Positions 31,501 through 37,500 of a stretch of 39,197 nt of DNA are shown here, in pieces. Position 1 is the first letter of the stretch, and the number at the start of each line of letters is the position of its first letter. The translations under genes were made by a program, and so were the position numbers. The notes beneath the pieces are model-generated. The model was not told the DNA's origin. It did not search any database and was given only the letters and a program-made list of their open reading frames with translations. Origin of the DNA: Candidatus Aenigmatarchaeota archaeon (lineage in GTDB: Archaea; Aenigmatarchaeota; Aenigmatarchaeia; QMZP01); contig JACQIG010000080.1 in the NCBI GenBank assembly GCA_016198605.1, positions 1-39,197 of the forward strand, given 5' to 3'.

Positions 31501-34500
31501 GACGCATTGGCAGCAGAGCCAGCAGCTATGTTGATGCCGCTGTTGCCAATCAGCACGCTTGCATTGTCAAGGAAGAATGATACAGTCACGCCATTCACAT
31601 CCACGCTGCCAAGGTTCCTCACTAGGGCCTTTATGGCAACAGTATCCGCCTCCAGCGGCGTGTCATCGGAGAAGGAGATGTCTCCAGGGAATATGGCCAG
31701 GTCTGTGTAGACGTTCAGGAACCTTGCAGAACTTATGCCATTGCCAATCCCATCGCTGCACCTCATCTGCCATGTCTTCCTCCCCTCTGAAATGCCTGTT
31801 GCAGTAATATTTGTCTCTACTGACTCATTTGCCTGCGTGGTGGAGAATATGGTGCTGCCTATCACTAAAGAGCACGTAAAGTTATCTTCTTCTACATCTT
31901 CAACTGCAAAGGTAAACGTCTGGTTTGGTATTGTCATATTAGTCTCATCAGGTGGCGCTATCAGAGTCACAACAGGCAGGTCATTCACGCTGTTCACGAA
32001 TACAAAGAATGACGCCTGTGCTGTCAATCCGCCTGTGTCTATAGCCTCTACAAATATCTCCGAGGAGCCGAATTCATTTGGAGCGGGATCCGTGCAATTG
32101 ACAAACCTGTCTCCTGCTATGGAGCATGATATCAGCGATGCATTGCTTTGTGACAGGATGGAGAAGTTGAGCTGGCTGCCGCTATCCTCCACATCAGAAG
32201 CGAAAGCGAACAGGTCAATCCAGTTGTCAGCGGGGTTCTGGTCCTCATTTATGGTCTGGTTGGGTATTGGTCCCAGCACAGGCTGGTCATTGACGGGCTC
32301 CACGATTACCCTGAACCCTCCAAACCCTTTTGTGGAGCCGTCAAATGCGGATATGGCTATGTCAGAGGACCCGAACTGGTTCGGCGCTGGCGTGGTGCAG
32401 TTTATGAAGCGGATGTCAAACAGGGAGCATGATATCAGGCCCGGGTTTGACTGCGCCTCTATTGCAAAGGCAAGGTCGGTCAGGTTCTGCTCCACGTCAG
32501 TGGTGAAGGCAAACAGGTCTATCGTGAAGTTCGGTTCCGTGTCCTCAAGGACGCTCTGGTTGGGGATGCCAGCAATGGCCGGCGGGTTGTTGGTTGTTAT
32601 CGTAAGCGTGCTCACATTGGTGGCAAGCAGCTTGTCAAATGTCACGTTGACCTTGACAGGGTAGTCGCTTGGAGCGGCCGGGGCCCTGAACCTTATGTTG
32701 TAGCTGCCTGCCTGGTCTGTTATGGCAATGAAATCTGACAAGTCTGTCATGAATGGGGCCGGGTCCGCGGAGCCGCTTATGCCAAGCGAGCTGAACCTTA
32801 TCCTCCCGTCTCCTCCTTTCCCGCCTGTCTCGCCCTCGCAGACATTAAGGAAGAAGGCATCCCCGCCCTTTGCCTTAACAGTATTGTTTGACAGCAGCCG
32901 CTCTTTTGCCACAAGATGTATGGAACCTCCGGAGCCGCCCCCGGTTGGGTGGAACGCCGGGTTGCTGTTGCCATCCTCCCCGTTGGACAGTACCTGCCCC
33001 TGGCTGGCATTGATAGTGCCGGCGAAGATGAATATTATGCCCCCTCCGCTGCCGCCCCTGGTCCCGGAGTAGTGGCTCTCCCCGCCTGCTGAACCAAGGA
33101 ACATCCTGGAAAGATCAGGCGTGCCATATATCCCGCCTCCCTGGCCTTCGTCGTTCCCCCCATCCTCGCCCTTCAAGCCTAGGGTCCCATAGCCTCCGCC
33201 TCCTGATGGCGAATCTCCAGTGCAACCTACACAGGCATCAGGGCCCCCGCCCCCCCCTCCGCCGCCGTTGGACTGGTTGGATATAGCGCCTTCGCCGGTG
33301 AAGCTTTCGCCCTGGAGGCCTCCTGCCCGCGAGCAGGAGTTGGTGGGCCTCGTAAGGCTCCTGTAGCCCTTGCCAGAGGCATCAATTTTCCCGCCGGCGT
33401 TTATTTCCACCCTGCCGGTGGCCCTGAAGGCAACCACTCCTCCGGTTGTCCCGTCCCACGGCCTGGCGGTTATGCTGCCGGAATTGATTACCACGTCAGT
33501 GAACTGGGGCACCCTTATTATGTTTGCCCTGTCCGCACCGCCGGTGGAATAGCTGTTCTCAAGGGCCGTGTCAAATGTTATGATGTTGCCTAGTGCCGAC
33601 CTCACTTTCTTGAACTCAAACACGCCGGCATCCTGGCCGCGAAGCTGGATGACCAGCACTTCATCGCCGGCAGCGAAGCCCACTGTGCTGCCGACAGCCG
33701 CGCTTGTGGACGTGTTTGGCGCATTGGACGCCAGGGAGGTGTACGTATTGACTATGAGGTTTGAGTTGATAGTGAGGTTGCCGTCAGACCCATCACCGAG
33801 TATCTGGAACTTCTTCAGGGGCGTGCCATTCAGGAAACCTGCCACCTCCACCCCTTCCACTGGCGTGCCATTGGAAAGCGTGACAAACCCTGAGACGTTT
33901 ACAGGGAAGCTGATGAACGTGGTGGATGGCAGCAGCGCCTCTGATATGGACAGCTGGTCAACAAGGAATGTGTCGTTTGATTTTGCAATGTTCAGGTCGG
34001 CGTCCCTTGCCTCAACAAACGCGGCCCATATGCCTGTCTTGTTTACCAGGGCTGCCGGAGCCGTGAACAGGTTGCCGGCGCCGGCGCCATTGACCCTCTC
34101 CAGCACCGCAATGCCGTCAGGGTCAATCAGCGTGAAATTGACGAACAGCAGGTTGTTGTCCGGGTCGTCAACCCTTGCCTGCAGCGTAAGGTTGAAGGTC
34201 GTATTGGTGAACAGCCCAGGCAATGTCTTGATCTCCCTTATTATGGGATCCGTCTTGGTCTGGTAAGAGAACAGGGCGGAGCTGGCGCTGTTGTTTGCAG
34301 GGTCGGCTGCTGTCACGAAATATGTCACCGTCACTGGATTGACTGATGCGGGGATTACGCCTTCAAATATGCCTGACTGCCCGGTGCCCGAAAGCTGGAC
34401 CATCGGGACGCTTATGAACGAGCCTGAGCCAGGCCTGAAGGAAAGGTTTATTGACGCTATGGCCGCATTGTCTGAAGCGATCGCCTGTATGGTGACGTTC

Positions 34501-37500
34501 TCTGTGGGCGTCACCTGCCCGCTCACCTGCGTCACGCTTGATATCACCGGCAGGTCGCCATCGGCTATGTAGGCTTGTTCAGAGGAATTAATTGCATTGC
34601 CTGACACGTCCTGCGCATTTATGAAGAATGTCACGCCAGTTGTAAAGCCGGGGGCCGGTATGACTGCCACTGAACCGAAGCCGGCGGCAAACAGCAGGGA
34701 GTTGGCCATCAGCACATCGCCGTCCGTGGCCGAGTTCCAGCTGCTTCCACCCACATCAGAGGACGGCGGCCAGAAGCCCAGGCCGACGACTCTCCCCTGG
34801 TTTATCCCCTTTGTCGCAACCAGTACCCTGCCGTCTCCCCAGTTGGCTACAGTGTCAGAGCCCGAAGTCGCCGCAGTGGCCGCAGCCCTGGAGCTCCCGG
34901 TTGATAAAGTGTTGAATCCCTTCAGTATCGGATGGCCTGGCTGCAATATGCTGACAGAGCTGCTGCCTCCTGCACTGCCGCTGCCTGGGGGGATTGTATA
35001 GTAATTGCCTGCGGCAAACCTCCCTTGCAGCTCAAGGCAGCCGCCATTGTATGAAAACACAGCCGTGACAACCCCTCCGCCATTGTCAACGTAATCCGCC
35101 AGGGCATTGCCCAGCTGGACCGAATTGGCATAGCAGTTATCGCTCCATGTTATTACAGCATCATAATCCTGCAGCTGCGACAGGGTAGGCGTGGATGAGC
35201 TGGCAGCCATGGTGTCAACGCTCCTTATGAAGCTGAACTGCAGCAGCTTGCTGCGCACATCGTCAAGAAGCCCCTGTGAATCTGCGCCAAGCACCAGGAC
35301 GTCAATCTTCCTGCCTATTAAGGCGCTTGAAAGGTTTATGGGAACGCTGCTGAAGCTGCCATTGCCATGCCTGAAGAACAGCGACGCGTTCCCTACCCTT
35401 ACATTGTCCTCAATGTCAGCGAACACTTCCACCGGCGCAGTGGCATTCGGGAACGGCGGGTCTATCCCTATGCCGGTTATGTTTGGCGGATCCCCGTCGG
35501 CGACAAAGCTTTTCATGGCTGTCGCTGTCTCAAAGCCGTGGTTGTCCTGGGCCGAAATGAAGTAGGAGACGTTCAGCGTGGCATTGAAGCCGGGTATTGT
35601 GGCGGAATACGCGCTACCGCTGCTGGACATGCTTATGCCGTCAAAGCAGCTCGCAAGGCTTGTGCACCTTCCCGCCGCCTGTATTTCGAACATGGCCTTC
35701 ATCTCTGCTGCCGTCAGCGACCGGTTGAACACCATCGCCTCATCTATCATCCCACGGAAGCACCTGCCGGGGTCGTCAGTGCAGCCTATCCGTATTGGTC
35801 CCGGCTGCGTATTGGCAGGCACGCCGGCGGACAATGGCGACTCCTGCACGAATTCGCCATTCATGTAGAACTTCACTGTAGTTCCGCCTTCGTATGTTAG
35901 TGCGACCTGGGTCCACTTATTCAGCGGCGCTGACGGACCGGAAGTCTGGAACGCGTCATCGCACCAGAACGCCATTGACAGCTGGCCATTGCTCTTTATT
36001 GACAGGAGGGAGCCCTGGCCAGTGCATGAAATTGCCCCATAGGCGACTATCCCATTGTAAGTCGCGTCAGGGTAGGCCGTGGGATAAATCCATGCCGCCA
36101 TAGTCCTCGGGCTGTTCCCCATGGGAAGGTCGGTTGCGCTGGCCCTCCTGACATAGTCATTTATCCCGTCAAGGCTGAATGCCTCACCCATTGCCCCTGC
36201 ACCGAATCCTGCGCCGTTCTGCAGGAAACCCTGGTTGCTGCCAGCCACGTCATCGGCATTCCCTTCGGCAGGCCACCAGCTGGCAGGCTCCTGTGGGAAG
36301 CCTGTGCATACGTTTTCCGGGCTGCACTCGCTGAACCCGCCTGAATTAAACAGGGACTCTATTTCCACGGCGGACAATGCCCTGTCAAATACCATTGCGT
36401 CATCTACCTGGCCATTCAGGTTGGCGCCGCAGTAACTGCTTCCGCCTATCTGGAGCGTATTGCTGGATGCCAATGAGCCTGTCCTTGGACCGCTGTTGCG
36501 CAGGACGCCGTCAACATAGATGCTTGACGCTGTGCCATTGAAAGTACCGGCAACATGGTGCCATTGCCCATCATTTATCGCTATGTCGGCATCTAGCCAC
36601 GGCCCCGCTCCTATCCAGAAGCCCGGCTTCCCTGCCCCCGCAACATTGTTCTCATTGAGCCACATTATGTAGCCCGAGCTTGCGCACCCGTTTGTCTTCA
36701 CCAGGACGTTTGCCGAAGCCTTTGCGTCCAGCGTCTTTACCCATGCCGATACGGTTACTTCCGAGGATGGGTTAAGGTTTGGATTGCTGGGAACGTCCAC
36801 CCTTCCGCTGATCCCGTCAAGGTTGAATGCCTCGCCTGATTTCCCTGCAGCGAAGCCCGCGCCGCCAACCAGCACCCCTCCATTGCCGCCAGCAACGTCA
36901 GCAGCAGCCCCGTCCGCCGGCCACCAGGCAATCAGGCCAGAAGGCGGCTGCACGCAGGATGCCTGGGAACAGGAAAGCTCGCGCTCCATGCTGAAGAACA
37001 GGGTCGCATTTGAGACGGCGAAATCATCCGTGATGCCAGCCATTATTGAGACGTCCTGGTTTAGGTTGGGGAATATTGGCGTCTGGGTGATGTTCTCTAT
37101 GTCAGGGTGGGTTGTGGTGTCAAATGAGAAAGCCCCTGATCCTACTGTCGTGAAATCAAGATCGGTTATATTAACGAAATAGCCCACCATAGTTGTGGCA
37201 TTAGTCGGGGGTATTGATGCCTTGTATGTTCCGTTCAGGCTGTTGCCAGAGACGCGCGCCATCTGCACGCTCTGCAGCTGGCCTCCGCCTGCCTGGAAGA
37301 AGAGCCTTGATTCAAATATGCCCGAATTGTCGCTTGCATTGGCCTCTACCGTGATGTTCCTCTCAGCGCTCTGGAAGCCGCTGATGTTTGTGATGCCTTC
37401 CAGCACAGGAGGCGTTATGTCAGCCACCCTGCCCGTCAGCGTAACGGTCAATACGCCCTCGTCAGGGTCGTTTGACCTGAACGTGATGTTTCCCGTAAGG

